Positions 12,850-27,100 are shown, counted from the stretch's first letter. The stretch is DNA of 64,000 bases from Macrostomum lignano (GCA_002269645.1 NIVC01000322.1:165396-229395); one strand, 5' to 3'. The notes: generated by a model not told the origin, from the letters alone. Numbers and translations are program-made.

Positions 12850-13430
12850 CGAGACGGATCGTCCCTTGAACATGTTTGGACGTCCAACAGCCGCAAAGAA
12901 TCAACAAGAGAGCCGTGGTGATGAAACGGCTCATCGATTTTCTATCAATCTCTTGGAGGTCAGTACCGAGGATGGGCTGTCACCAATTGCTGCATTCGGT
13001 ACAATCGCATCTTCGATGCAGGAGCTCAAGGCTACTAAGTTTACCTGAACCTGTCGCACAGATTTTCTGACATTGACTGGCTGTCAGAGAGAGCCATTTT
13101 GAGTCCCAGGAATGACGCAGCTAATAGTATCAACTCCCAGCTGCTCAATGAGCTGCCTGGCAATATCATCAGCTACTAGTCAATTGACACAACAATGACT
13201 GGTGACAATGCTGTAGAGTTTCCTATGTATTGAGCTCTTAAGCTCTCTAGAGCCTCCTGGAACGCCATCGCACAACCTCCAGTTAAAAGTGGGTGCTACT
13301 GCGCAATTTAAATGCCCCAAAGCTGTGTAACGGCACCAGGCTAATCGTCAAGCAACTCTTTCCGAATTTGATTGAGGCAAAAATTGGGACTGGATCCGGC
13401 AAAAGGCAATCTGTGTTTATTCCTTGTTTA
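12850..13430 (+). pseudogene. Helitron helicase relic, copy 2 (C-terminal part)
   Basis: DWLSERAILSPRNDAANSINSQLLNELPG, PPGTPSHNLQLKVG, NLNAPKLCNGTRLIVKQL, LIEAKIGTG, VFIP. Confidence 0.9.
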
Positions 13431-14685
13431 TTTACAAGGAATTAGATTTATCCTCAAGAACTGCCTAGACTTATAGACTTAGAGACTTAGATACGCATTA
13501 AACCCGGCCGGTCGATCGATCGATCCACTCAGCTTTAGATATAAGATTGTAGACTTATAATGAGACAAAGCCAAGGGCAGTAAATGAGGCAAGGCTGGAG
13601 AAAACTGAAGCAGGTATAAATATTGAGGCAGCCAAGACAATGGAATTCAGCAAACAAGCAGGGCCCACAGTAGAATGCAGCATCGCCGGAAAAAAACGCT
13701 ACAGCAGCCACCATCCATTTCAAAGTAAAGAAGCTCAAAGGCGATGCAGCTGACAGGCGGAGAGTGGAGAATATTGAATGAGCCCGGTACGGACGCCGCT
13801 TCTATGGAGGCGTCCAAGACCGACGGCCAACCCCGAGGAGCGTAGCAACCGAGGGATGGACGCGCGGACCGGGCCGCACAAGAGGACAGTGAAGAACTCA
13901 GGACTGACTTCCCCCAAATACTCTGACTCAACCATAGTTAGAAACGGATGAGTCTAACCGCCCCACCCTCGCTGTAAGGCTGTTGAATGCTAATTGCAAG
14001 CGCTGTTTGTGAAAAACTTTCCGTTGTTAACCACGCGACATCCCACCCCATCGACGGCAGCTGGGGATGAACTTGTGGGTATTTTTAAAATAGATGGAAG
14101 TTCAGCCCCGAGAGGCACTTTTTCTTCCTTGCTTTTGGAGAACTTAATTCACAAAATAAATGCCTATCTGTTATTTGAGTTATCAAAAAAGATGAGACAA
14201 CGAAAAATATAATAGTCTACCGCCATCTCGGTTGTAAGGTCTCAAGAACACAGCAGAATCCGTTAGAACTAGAAGAGAGTCTTACATCAGCAACCCCCTA
14301 TGAGTCCAATTCAGTAATTTCCCCATGAGTCTTCACATCTCAGCTATCCCCCTGTAAGCCTTGAAATCTCCGAAATTATCCACAAGGCTCACCGGATTAT
14401 AGCAATCCCCCCCGAGACTTGACATCAAAGCAATTTACCCTATGAGTCGCATGACTTCTTAGCAATTCCCCAATGACTTTTTATGTTCGACAGGGTTAAG
14501 TTAGTTCTAAGTTGCTATGCAGTCTTATGCTCTGCTTCCAAACTGTGTTTTCCAAATTGTTGACACAATTAAACTCTGAGTCACAATTCAGCGCGTCAAC
14601 TGATGTTAAATAAAAAGGCTGTTGTGAAATCTTAATCAGGAAAAGAATTCAGTCAGTCAGGCTTTTTGTTTTGCATTCATTATGA

Positions 14686-16440
14686 TGTAACCGCCCTTGA
14701 TGACCGTCCGCTCCGCGGGGAGGAGAGCGTAAGACCATAGGGGGCAATTATGACCGTAGGCTGCCTATGACCGGGCAATGACCTGACGGACCTCCAGCAC
14801 CAGACTGTCCCACTTTGGTAGCGTTGTTGTGACCATGCAGAGGGCCAAGGACCCACATGGACCCCACCTGTAGCCAAGGTGCAATAATTGGTCACTCGGT
14901 CACAGTGTGACCGAATGGCTGCCACCACTCTATGTGACTGGCGCACCTGGATCTTACAACCAGACATTTCGAGGCTAGAGCCCCGTCTGGATTGGTTACC
15001 AGGGGATTTAGGCTAACAGGTGGGACGCATGCAGCCGAGTTACAGGGACTCTGCTTGGGGCATATTTGGGAACTCTGGGATCAATCTGGAGCATTTCTCA
15101 GCAGGGGATCCTTTGTGGCTGTGAATGAGGCGGACTTGCGGCTTCAATTACTAAGAGTAGTGTGAGGTGAACATGTACTAGCTATAGTTTAGATTGCTCA
15201 GGGCGAAGGGACGCGTAAGTAGGGTGTTGCAACCTTTCTACTGCCATTCTGTTCCATGACTCGCTAATTACCTCTACTGCACGCACACGCGGACCCGCAG
15301 CACGCACTCACAGGCGGGCTTTGCACGGGGGAGGGCTATTAGCTTACCCAAATTTCCTTATGCTTTGCCACCCAAGGAGAAAGGCTCAGCAAGCCATGAG
15401 TGAAATGATAGTGAAGGTGTGAAAAATGAGGTGTTTAGTAATCGGTAACAATTAGACCCTTAGGCGAAATAATCAGGCAATTAGGCGGCTTAACTATTGA
15501 GTAAAATACAGCAAAGTACGGTACACAAATGGCTCAGTTCTTTAGTCAAGCAATGGAAAATAAGCAAACCCCCGATAAGCCAAGGCAATCAGAGTACAAA
15601 TTAGTACAGGAACTCACCGGCAGCCTCACAGAGAGAGAGCGTTGGAGTGACCTGGCGCGGCTGTAGACTGCGGACAGTGTAGCGGCGATGCGCTGAAGCG
15701 ACGAGGCGCTGATGTGGCACAGGCGATGCTGAGGATTCTGGGCGGTGTCAGACCGCGGGCCGACAGGCGAGCTCGCTTGGGGAGCTAAAGGAACTTGGCG
15801 GTATCAGACCGCAGGCCGGCAGAGGTTCGTCCTATAGACGAACGGGGGGTCAGACCGGCGTCTGACGGCAAGTCTGAGGATAGGACGAGAAGGAATCCGG
15901 TAGGCTTGAAAACCTAACCTTACCTTCCGGGAGGGTTTTACCAAAAAAAAGAAAGCAAGAAAGACTTGTGGCTCTCACGCCGGAAATCGCTTCCTCAAAT
16001 AGTCCTCACGGTCGCCGCTCCGAGGTCGTTTCCATGACTCCCTCTCTCTGATTGGCTGCCGGGAAAATGACGTCAGAATGAGTCATGATGAGAAGCATGA
16101 GATCGGCATAGCAACATGAGAAATGGGACAATTGCGCAATCCAGAGGAGGGGTGGGGGGAAATGAGCACGGCGGGGGCTCGAAGAAGTGTTGCGCAAGCA
16201 AGCATTGAGAACAATGGGATCCAGATCAAGAACAAAGGAAATGGAAATCGGGGATAATTGGGAAGAACCGAGAACAATAGAAAAGTAAACATTGGAGAAA
16301 AGGTGCTAATTGGGTGCGAACAGGAGAACAAAAGAACTAGAAAATCTGGGAAAATGTGATAGTTAAGCAATATAAAGGTTATTGATAACAAAAGAATCAA
16401 AAACGAGAACAATAGAAGTGGAGGAGGGGTGGGTGTCACA
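14686..16440 (-). mobile_element. Probable long solo LTR (~1.75 kb)
   Basis: On the minus strand it begins TGTGACACCC and ends GGGCGGTTACA; CCAAT and TGACGTCA motifs near 16050-16075; splice-donor-like sites. Only a 3-bp TGA flank match. Confidence 0.45.
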
Positions 16441-17808
16441 TGAGAAATCTTGAGAAGAGAACAATGGCCTGAGAAAAAGGTTGCGCAAGAGGGGGGATGA
16501 GTCATCGGGATGAGGGAGGGGTCAGAAGCCTTGCATCACCGTTTGGGATTCTAATAGGATATGGGGCGATGGTGAGCACAGGCAATACTGTAAGCACGGG
16601 GTGAGAAGGGGACAGCGCAAGAAAAACATAAGAAGTACATAATACTTGGGGTGGGGCGCATCAAAAATGGGGAAGGCAGAGCCGGCAGGGGATGCAACAG
16701 AGCGGGAGTCAGTTGGCCTGGTCAGGGACCCGGCCCAGTCTCTACAGCTCTGCCCGGTGGGTCTAAGGAGATCTGGGAGATTCCGAAAAAATTCCCCCAC
16801 CAGATCCTGCGACCAGAGCGTGGATACATCAATTAGTCAAAACTTCGGCTTGACCTTTGCAATAAAGATGTTTTTAAAATATTTAATCCCCTTAGCATTG
16901 AAGAATTTCTAAGCCTCGACACTCGTCACTGAAAACTTTCTAATCGAACGGTACATTTATTATGAAAATCGGTTGAGCATTTCATTCTGAAATCAATCAT
17001 ATACCTATCGACAGACAATCCGTTTTTAGTATAGGGAACAAATTTTAGTATATTTTTACAAGTTTTGTAGAGGACATTCAATCGTATGCAGTAAAGTGTT
17101 GTGCGAATTCTTTTTAACAAATTTATCTAGGAAAATTAGATGCACTCATACATTGATTTGAGCAATCTTTGACCCGCGAAGCCACTTGGCGGTGATGCGA
17201 ACCGGCCTTAGCACGGATCGCTTCTCAGAAATGATCCATTGAGTAAATTATGTTGCTTTGCGTTGTAGAAAAACTCCAAACTACGAAAGAATGATGACAA
17301 GTAACTTTCGATGAAAACTGTTTATGCTTCAGAGTATAACTGATGCCAACTATATTTAAGTAGCTCAAACAGATTTTAAATAAAAAACAAACTGCAGTTT
17401 TGTTTATTGCAGAGAAGGTTTGCTTAAAAATCGAAGTAAAAGCTTGGCTAATGAACAAGCTGCAAATTCCAAAAAACTTGATTTGATAAAACCAACAGAC
17501 AGAGATCGACAGGACACACTACAATAGAGCTCTTTTAAACATCTCTCTTCCAGCATTTATTGATTATTATTCGGCCCTTCTATTGGAATTTTTCTGAATA
17601 CATTGCGTCAGTTTTTATTGAGAAATTTATAAAAAATCTGTGTACTGTAAGCTGGGATGTTTGAATTATTACATGTAGTTATATAATAAATTTTGGACAC
17701 TTACACACGGTTATTGACGGTCACTTTGATAGCCTCAGTAAAATATTTTTGTGATTAAATCTGTCCATCCGGTTCCTCTTGTCTGGCGGTGCCTGCAGTT
17801 TCCCATAA

Positions 17809-18101
17809 TCAGTTAAAAGGCGACAGGCACTCGCACAGAACATTGGAAACAGCACCGTTCGTGTCGCTGATTTCATTAATACCCAATAGACCCTCGAATC
17901 TTCCAATTAAATTATCTTTGTCATCGTACGCTCGTAATTATTCGGCTGGCCAGTGGCCCAAAAAGCGGCATCAACGCTGATGTTGCAGCCGACCCAGTAC
18001 CAGCCGCCCAGAGGCTCCGCACTGCCTGTTGGCTGGCGGCCTCCGAGCCAGATCGATTGTCCAGAGCTGTAGTTTGAGTAGATGGAGTCCACGTGGCTCA
18101 T
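17809..18101 (-). pseudogene. C-type lectin copy 2, 5'-truncated and frameshifted
   Basis: MSHVDSIYSNYSSGQSIWLGGRQPTGSAEPLGGWYWVGC...QPNN, then a frameshift, then DDKDNLIGRFEGLLGINEISDTNGAVSNVLCECLSPFN. Homology stops abruptly at 18101. Confidence 0.9.
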
Positions 18102-18855
18102 CTAAGAATTTCTTAGGCCTCAATAATGTCAAAAATGTCAAACCTCGTGTCCGGGTTTGGGCACGAGACGTGACTACTTAGAGGCAGAATGGGGTTGTTT
18201 TTAGGCAGATTTAACGCAAAAACCAAAATTATACTACTATTGTAAAAAGAAGTACATGTAAGTAGTATATGGAAACGATATCCTAAGCGTACTGAATTTC
18301 AGTATCTTCTTCACATGACCACCCAAATTGCGCGGAAATTTCGGTTCGTGCAATTTTCTTGCGTAAATTTCATGTAATTGCAATTATCTTGAGGCAAAGC
18401 GTAAGAATTGCAATTTTCTTGCAAGGAAAATTGCAATTCTCGCAATAGCTAATGTTCTTCTTACACTACTTATTTAGTAGAAATAACAGCATTTCAGCTA
18501 GCAGCTATTCCTACTCAGTAGAAATTGCTATTATTCCAGAGAAAAAAGGTTTTTGGAATACTTTTTGTCCGCAGGCACGTTCAGGTGATATGAGTTTCAA
18601 TTTTCAGGTAATTTAAGGTACAAACATCTAAATCATATACCATGAATTGCTGGAAGAACATATAATAAAAGCGAAATCTGATAAGTTTTCTAAAAGTTTT
18701 TTTTGTAAAAACAAAATTTGTAAAAGCTACAATATAGTTTATACGTTTTGCGCTTAAAATTATGACATGTATCTTTTGTTTTATGGTTTAAGCGAGTGAA
18801 TTATTTTTTAAAAAAATTGCTTTTTTTCGTTTTCGATTTATGAAAAGTTCCGCTC

Positions 18856-19149
18856 ATGTCAGCAGGTCATGAGCGGAACGATCCTGAAATCCTCTATGAA
18901 AAGCAACAGATTGAAGAAGTCAATGAATTTAAATACCTGGGTATCATCTTTGAACCCAATAACAAATTTAAAAGATGCATTGCCTATGAGATCAAACAAA
19001 GTAATTCTGCAATGTTTTCACTGCTGCACAAAGTCAAAGACACCACGCTGGACATCATGCTCATCGGTAGACTATTCAACTCTCTGGTCCACCAGTTAAT
19101 AACGTACGGTTGTGAAATCTGGGGACCTCTAGCAATTAACCTGTACTGA
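18856..19149 (+). mobile_element. Non-LTR retrotransposon (L2/CR1-type) RT C-terminal fragment
   Basis: IEEVNEFKYLGIIF...LFNSLV...ITYGCEIWG motifs. Confidence 0.85.
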
Positions 19150-19934
19150 TCTCAAGAGTCAAGACCATCGACAAAATCAAACAAATTTCTACAAATACCT
19201 TCCAAACCTACCTCAAACCACTTGCAACTCTGTTATAGCTACCTGCTAGCTTTCATGTTATCCCCTTGTGCTACATCTCCTTTTTACATGTCCCTGCCTA
19301 TTTTTATGTACAAATACCGATGCAATTGCTACTGCATTACGCGTCTATTCGTATACCGTAAATACTTTAATTTCTAACAATTAAAGCCTACCTAACTCTT
19401 TGTTTTAAACGCAATATTTTTGGTTATTTCCTTTTTAAAAAATATCTTTCATTCTTAGAAGCCTAATAAAGTAATATTGCCAACAGTCTTTACATTCGAT
19501 GTTTGATATTGACTGATTAATACCTATATACCTATCTTAACCACCTAATAGATGAATTGCTCTCCACCAAGTTCATGCTGTACTTGTTTTATAATTCTTT
19601 ACCAAAATCTCTTTCGTTTCATTAGCCGTTAAAGTCCGTTCGAAGATTCGTAGAAAATTTTTAGCCACTCTTTCAAGAACTATATATATATTTTTTCAAA
19701 ACTCGTACTTTTACTAAATTTACCCTTTACTGGCTTCTAGTTGAATTACTATTAAATACTATTAAATACTGCTTTAAATAAAAATAATGCTTAACTAGTA
19801 GATTAGCAATGGTTCACCAGCAGTTTTGCAAGATTAGTATCACTCCCTTCTAGATTAGTACCATTCCCACTTAGATTAGTACCATTCCCACTTAGATTAG
19901 CACCACCCCGCCAAATAGTACCACTTCCACCCAG

Positions 19935-20278
19935 ATTAGAAACCACTTCATAAGATTAGAAACCACTTCATAAGATTAGAAACCACTTCATAAGATTAGA
20001 AACCACTTCATAAGATTAGAAACCACTTCATAAGATTAGAAACCACTTCATAAGATTAAGAAACCACTTCATAAGATTAGAAACCACTTCATAAGATTAG
20101 AAACCACTTCATAAGATTAAGAAACCACTTCATAAGATTAGAAACCACTTCATAAGATTAAGAAACCACTTCATAAGATTAAGAAACCACTTCATAAGAT
20201 TAAGAAACCACTTCATAAGATTAAGAAACCACTTCATAAGATTAAGAAACCACTTCATAAGATTTAGAAACCACTTCA
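19935..20278 (+). repeat. 20/21-bp minisatellite GATTAGAAACCACTTCATAA
   Basis: Tandem array. Confidence 0.95.
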
Positions 20279-21091
20279 TGATACTCGTACTCTTTGCAAA
20301 TCAACCCTTAATCAACTAATGATTAGTATCGCTGTGTAGAAAAAAACGTTGCCCCAGAAATGTATCATTAAAAAAAAATTTTAAAACTCTCTATGAAGCT
20401 GACTTTCTGCTTAGTCTATATGCCTGTTAATGTCTGCCAAAAACGCGGCTATTGTGCCTATTGAATGATGGTCGAAAACGGATTTATATTATGACTTTTC
20501 ATTTTACGAGCGTGTAGGGGCAGCCAGCCGCGAGCAGTCAATTACCGGTAGAGTAGAATACGCCCCTGTGCTCAAATTTTGTTGCGCAACGTACAGTCTG
20601 CCATCATCCCCCAAGCAGTCCGCAGTTATCTGACGCACCAGTTTGCAGCTATACGCTCATAAGTATGGAGAAACTACCTCAGCAGTTTTCAGTCTGTCCC
20701 CTGTGCAGTCTGCAATGATCCCTTCGACAATCTGCTGTTCCCCTCAGCAATCTGCAGTCATTCCATTTGCAATTAGCAACTGTTCCCTTAACAATTCTCA
20801 TTTATTCCCTCATCAGTCTGCAGTTCTCGTCTCGACCGGCTCCTCAGGCTCCTCAGCAAACTGCAATTTTCCTTTTAACAATCTAAAAATTTTTGGTACA
20901 TACAGGCAGTGGGATCACTAATAATCCAAGCAGCTTTTTACAAATCAAATTTGTTTAGCGACTTGTGCTGAATAGACAAAAATAGTTCATTTTTTAGTTC
21001 ATTATTTAGTGTGCCTTGTTAGTTAAGCAAAAATGTTCCAAGTAGTCGATGCACAAGCTACAAAAAAATAAATTTAATTTTAACTGTCCGC

Positions 21092-21168
21092 TGTGAGGCA
21101 GACTTGAACCTGGGACCTTATATAGCCTAAACCTAGTCCTAGTGCCTACAGTGCGGCTACTCCGCCTA
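21092..21168 (-). mobile_element. Possible tRNA-derived SINE head
   Basis: Minus strand has an A-box-like TAGCCGCACTGTAGG and a B-box-like GGTTCAAGTC; no complete cloverleaf. Confidence 0.35.
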
Positions 21169-22751
21169 TTGATCGGGGGGCAACAAAATCAGCCATATAT
21201 TCTTCAGAACTGCAGTTAAATACATAGCAGTGAGAGGCTGCTCAGTGTGTACAGGTTGTGTGCAGGCGGAGGGAGCCGATGCACAGTTGAGTGAAATCTA
21301 TAAATAGCAATTTTCTATAGAGTCCGCCAGTCAGACAGCCAGGGTCAGAATGTGCACACGCAGCCACTGAGCATTTTCCTCTCCCTTGCACACAGCAGCA
21401 AGTATTGGGGCCTAAACAGTGAAGAGGGAAAAGTTGTGGCGCAATCATTTTTTAAATTGGAATTCAGCCAGTCAAGAATTCAACCTGGTTTGGTCTCCCA
21501 TTAAAAGCATTGGGAAAACTCGTTTTTTAAATATTTAATACCTTTAGCATTAAAGAAGTTTTAAATGGCTTTTTACCAGATAATTACAAAAATGTTTGCG
21601 AAAACGCCATCAAAATTGGTCAATCAGTTCAATCTCCAGAGCGTTACAGGAACACTCACACAAAGTCAGTTCGTGTAAAAGTCATACGAAGCAGCTATGA
21701 CATAATCAATTACTCAGGACTGTTTCACTTTGTTGTGATGCAATCTTTATCAGAATCAGAGTTTCAACCAGTCAGTTTTTTCTCTAGCATTCTCACAATG
21801 CATTTCAAGTCAAAAAGTCTGCTTGACCTTTGCAAAAAATCATGTTTTTCGAATATTTAATCCCCGTAGCATCGAGCAATTTCTTAGCCAAGACACATGT
21901 ACCGTCACGGGAAAGTTTCTGATCGAATGGTGCAAGTTTGAAGAAAATCGGTCAAGGCAAGCGAACTCTGATATCTTCATGGACAAGCAAGCAATCAAGC
22001 AAATAAAGGTCTCTCTCGGCCTGGCTGTACAGCTGAAAACGGACACGGTATCCAAGCCACACTTTCCTTTGGCTTTCAGTGCAGCTGCTCTCCTTCCTCT
22101 CCCCGTCTCTTTCTCTTGTTTGAGCAGCTCTGAGCAATACACAATGCGGCTGAAAGTGTTACTCAGCCCTACAGGCAATGCCAACCACTCCACTGCCAGA
22201 GTGTACATTGCTGCAATAGAGAGAGAGCTTTAATAGTATGGAATGAATGAATGCCCAGACGTCCGTCTTCAGTGTACACTGGGGCAAGATTATAAGTACA
22301 TGTACATGTACAAGTCATTAGGCTGGTGAATCAGTTACACTACAAGCAGGTTGAAACTGGATTATTTTACCAACAGGATTTGGTGCACATTTAGTATTTT
22401 AGCTCGTAACTTAATTTGAATATTGAATATATCGTGCTTTTAAAAAAAGTTATTATTGCCAATAAACACCTAAGAATTACAAGTACATTGCAAGGCTTGC
22501 TTACAACAAGGACTGCTCAAGTAGAAGGACGGAAAACTGCGTTTTTGGAAAAATTTAGGAGGCAGGTTTTACCGAAAAACCATTACGACAATACGGAGAA
22601 TGGAGGTTAATTGACTGCAGCATAATGCCAGCGTGAAGTGCCGTTGGCCCTCCTTTGATCCCCATAGTCCGAAGGAATTTTTCGTTGATTAATCGCTTCA
22701 CGCAATAGTTTGAGTGACTGAACAATCAGCCTGTACTGCGTGAAAGTGAAG

Positions 22752-23100
<349 letters not shown>

Positions 23101-23417
23101 ATAGAGATCAGATCCACAGACAACATTATAATGGAGCCCTTTTAAACATATCTGTATTCGAGCAGTTATTAATTATTATTCGGCATTTCTATTAGGATGA
23201 TCTTAAAGTCGAGCTGATTTGCCTACCGTTTCAGATGGTTGCATTGAGAAATTTAACAGACTACTTTATACAGGAGATTTTTTCATGAATAGTTATTCAC
23301 TTTTGGAAACTATTCAAAGTTATTGATAGTCACTTTCATAACGTTAGCAATGTAGTTTTAAGAATAAATTTCTTCATTCGACTCCTCTTGTCGGCTGGTA
23401 TCTGCAGTTTCTCAGAA

Positions 23418-24161
23418 TTAAGCAAATGGCGACAGGCACTCGCACAGGACATTGGAAATAGCATCGTACTTGCCGCCGATATCCGTAAGACCCATAAAAT
23501 CCAGATACTTTGAAATTACATTTTCTCCTCCGAGGAAATTGTCGGGCTGATCCTTAGCCCAGAAGCTGCCAACGCTGGTGTTGCAGCCGACCCAGTACCA
23601 GCCGCCCAGAGGCTCCGCACTGCCTGTTGGCTGGAAGCCTCCGAGCCAGATCGATTGTCCAGAGCTGTAGGTTGAGTAGATGGAGTTCACGTGGCTCATC
23701 TCCTGCTCGCTGGTCACGTCGGCCATGATGACCAGACCGCTCTCTGACTCGCACTTCTGCCTGCTCGGCAACCACGTCCCGATGCCAGAGTACAGCTTGT
23801 ACTTCACTCCGCACAGGTCCATGCCGTAGCCAGACGGACACAGCGCGCCCGCCTCGAGTCCCGGCCGCTGCTTGACAAACACCCGGCCTCTCCTGGAGCA
23901 GCCGCAGCTCCTCACCGACTTGCTGCACTTGTCGAACACGAACAGCTGGCACGGACCGTCAGCCAGGCTGAACGCCTGACAGCGCAGCTTCCGGGAGCAC
24001 AGAGCGGCGCAGGCCAGCTTTCTGACCACGGCTGGGTGGAACTCGACGAATTCGGCATTGATGCAGAGACTGCCGTCAATGAGGCTGTACTGCTGCTCGT
24101 TGGCATTGGTGAGGCCAAGGACAAGAGTCATCCAGGCCACAATGTTCGATACGCTGAGCAT
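23418..24161 (-). CDS. Secreted PAN/Apple + C-type lectin domain protein, copy 3 (intact, 247 aa, no intron in CDS)
   Basis: Hydrophobic N-terminal signal; C-x3-C-x5-C-x-AF PAN-like pattern (CAALCSRKLRCQAF); CTLD motifs W...C, WLGG, WYW, W...QPDN, terminal LCE; AG acceptor 13 nt upstream of the ATG. Confidence 0.9.
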   Translation of the reverse strand: MLSVSNIVAWMTLVLGLTNANEQQYSLIDGSLCINAEFVEFHPAVVRKLACAALCSRKLRCQAFSLADGPCQLFVFDKCSKSVRSCGCSRRGRVFVKQRPGLEAGALCPSGYGMDLCGVKYKLYSGIGTWLPSRQKCESESGLVIMADVTSEQEMSHVNSIYSTYSSGQSIWLGGFQPTGSAEPLGGWYWVGCNTSVGSFWAKDQPDNFLGGENVISKYLDFMGLTDIGGKYDAISNVLCECLSPFA

Positions 24162-27100
24162 TTTTGCTCGTAGCTGTCGGTAAAATGTTTTGTTTTAGAA
24201 ATTGGTCAAAGTAATAACGATAGACGATGCGAATCGCTTTTATATAAACATTTTTAGCAAGCCGATTCTATTTGATTTTTTGCCCACTCGTGTCTCGTTA
24301 CCGATAATTTTTTTATTTGTTGAAAAATTTGAATTTCCTGCGGTGAATGCCAAACTACAGTGACTTTGTCCTGACTCAGCTAGAGGGGGCCCCGCGGGGC
24401 ACCGGATGCAGCTTTGAGTCTTCGCCGCCAATTCCGCTAACCCCTGGCAACCACGGGAAGCAATGCTGCGCAGGGAGATCCGGTAGTGCCGGCGTCCTCA
24501 GCGTGGTCCTCCTCCGGAGTCCAGGAGGTGGGTGTTTAGAGAACGAGTAGAGAACGAGGTTCACGGCTGAGCTGGCTGAGCCTGCAGCTGGACTGCTTAT
24601 TCCCCTATCAGGGACAAATTTAGAAAAGAAAATTCAGGAAGTTTCCTGCACCGCGTCCGAAACTTTGAGAACCTCTGAAGAGTTGATTCGGGAGGTGATC
24701 AGTCTCCCGAAAACTCCCACTTCCAGACACTTAAGCCTGGGAACAAAATCAGTGATCACTTACTGTTGCGGGCTCCTCTTCTTTGTCGCGCGCGTCTGTA
24801 GAGCTCGTCTCCTTAGAGCTGTTCCTCCTGGGGTAGTCTTCTTGAAGTCTAGAATCGGCCGAAAGTGAAAGCGTAACAATTAAATCGACGTCGCAGTATT
24901 TCTTCGAGTGCAGAATTCAATATATTCTCGAGTGTCGAAATCAATGTCAACGATGCGCCCTAGTAACAAAATCAACTTCTATACGAGGTCCTCCAGAAAG
25001 GGCGTCTTCTTCTAGAACTAACGGAATCGGAGTCGTGTTCTCCTATCGGTTAATCTAGGATAACCAAAATCAATCAAATCAATAATCCTCTAAGGGTATC
25101 GGAATCGGTCCGCAGATCCTATCCAATCCCTTAGGAAAATGGGAGGCCTCAAACTCAATAGACTCAATAAAATCAACTGAACAGTAACGGCCGGCAATAA
25201 CAATCGCTCTCAATAATCAAAATAACGAAGACTTGAACAAAGCTTACCAATTGGTGTTTATCTCTTCCTCAGAGATATAGCCTCGTTGGGCTGCTCTTGC
25301 AAAGCCCAATATCTTTGGAGGCTGCTCCGAGTCCGAGATTTCAGCTCGGATTTTGCGTTTGTATTTATACACAATTTTTCGGTCTTGAGTCGACCTTGAG
25401 CTCAAAACCGGTTTTTTGATGAGTTCACGAAAGGAATTTTATTATTTGACAGGTGGGGTTTTTGAATAGACATTCAGGTTAACATTTACCATATTTGGAA
25501 GTTCTAAAAATAGATGTCGAGAACCGGTTTTTTCGAACAATAGCATATAGCCACTCGCTGTTTGCGTGATATGACTGGTATTACTAAAATAGAGTATGAA
25601 ACATAGCTATTTTTAAATTTGTATTCATAACTTTATGTTACTACTTTTAGTAGGCTACTGTGTTTGAAGATCTCTACACCTCAACAGCCATTTATATCTG
25701 ATGGTGCAGGAAAGCAAAGAATTAACGATAAAGCTGGCGGTGTTAACAAAAGCTATACTTGCAGCAAGATAACGCGACAGTCCTGGCAGATAAATGGTTA
25801 TTTTTGCTTTCGAAAAGCAGAAAAATATGCATGTTTTTCGTAAATTTCTTAAATCTTAAACAGATTTGACAGTTTAGGCCTTGAAGCCTTTTTATTCGTG
25901 GCTTTGATCACCATCTTGCAGACTACTCGTACGAGGAAAAGAATGAAAGGAGGAAGGGGCATTTCTTCTAGTCAACCGTCCGAAAAATTATTTGGTTGGC
26001 TGTCGGCTTGGTCAGTAGCCCACATTTTGGGCTCCATCCCAGTGGTTTCATTTTGTGCCAGTTCGCACACAATATGGTGATATATCAATAATACATGTAA
26101 CGAAGCGATTAAAAATATATCAATTTGGTTACTGAATTTTGTCAAGGAATGAAATCTCATTCCTTTATTTTCACTTATTACAATTATCATTGGCTACAAC
26201 GCAAGTACACTGTAAGCATTTATAGCGGCTTCTTTTTCCGGATATGTTAAGAAATGTTTAAGGGATTAAACAAAAACTGTCAAAATTATTTTTAGTTTAG
26301 CTAACATGTGTGGCACCATTACTGAGATGCTTATCTAATAAAAATGTTTTGTGTGAACTAAGTTGAAATACTTTTCTACCAAACGTATCTTATTGTTAGT
26401 GCAAACAATAAATTATTTATTTTAACGGTATAACTTTTAATTAATTTTTCATGTCGAGCTTTTCAGAAACGGTACGGTACGGTACGGTAGACCGTACACG
26501 GTAGTGCAGTCCAACTTGCAACTCTGATTGCTAAGCAAACTGCGAAATTTGAGGCCCTTCTAAAATATTTTAATAGGGTGAATGTGTTTTCTATTCTTAA
26601 CCTGCCTACCGTCCCTACCGACTACGACTAGGTTTGAAAACTGATTTTGACGCAGTTTCATAGTACGAGCGTAGATAGAGCAAAGTATGATGATCTTTCT
26701 AGTGGTAGCGTTTTCATCTACCAGCCACGTGCCACGTTATCATCTTTTTGATAGTTTGTAGTGCCCTTCACAAGTTTTTTAGCTATGGTTCAATAGACAT
26801 AGTTCATGTGTCTATTCAATATATAATAGTCGAAAATTGTGTGAATCTCAGTTTGGATTAATGCATTATTAGTGTTAGAACCAGTCAGTCAGATAAGAAT
26901 CATAAGAGTAGAATTATTTTGTTTTAAAATTTTTGATTTTTGTGGCCAAGACTTTAGTAGTTTAAAATAACTAGTAGTAGTTTAAGTAGTTTAATAGTAG
27001 TTTAATAATTAGTATAAGGTCATTTTTAAGATTGATTTAAATGGACAAAGGAAATTATTTTCATTTCAGACTATTTTATTTAATCCTACTTGAACATTAT

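Noticed and set aside
21092-21168. tRNA gene
   Set aside because: A- and B-box-like motifs only; the stems do not form a cloverleaf.
25960-26080. Fourth lectin fragment (MWATDQADSQPNNFSDG)
   Set aside because: Only a short motif resemblance, with no flanking CTLD motifs; chance cannot be excluded.
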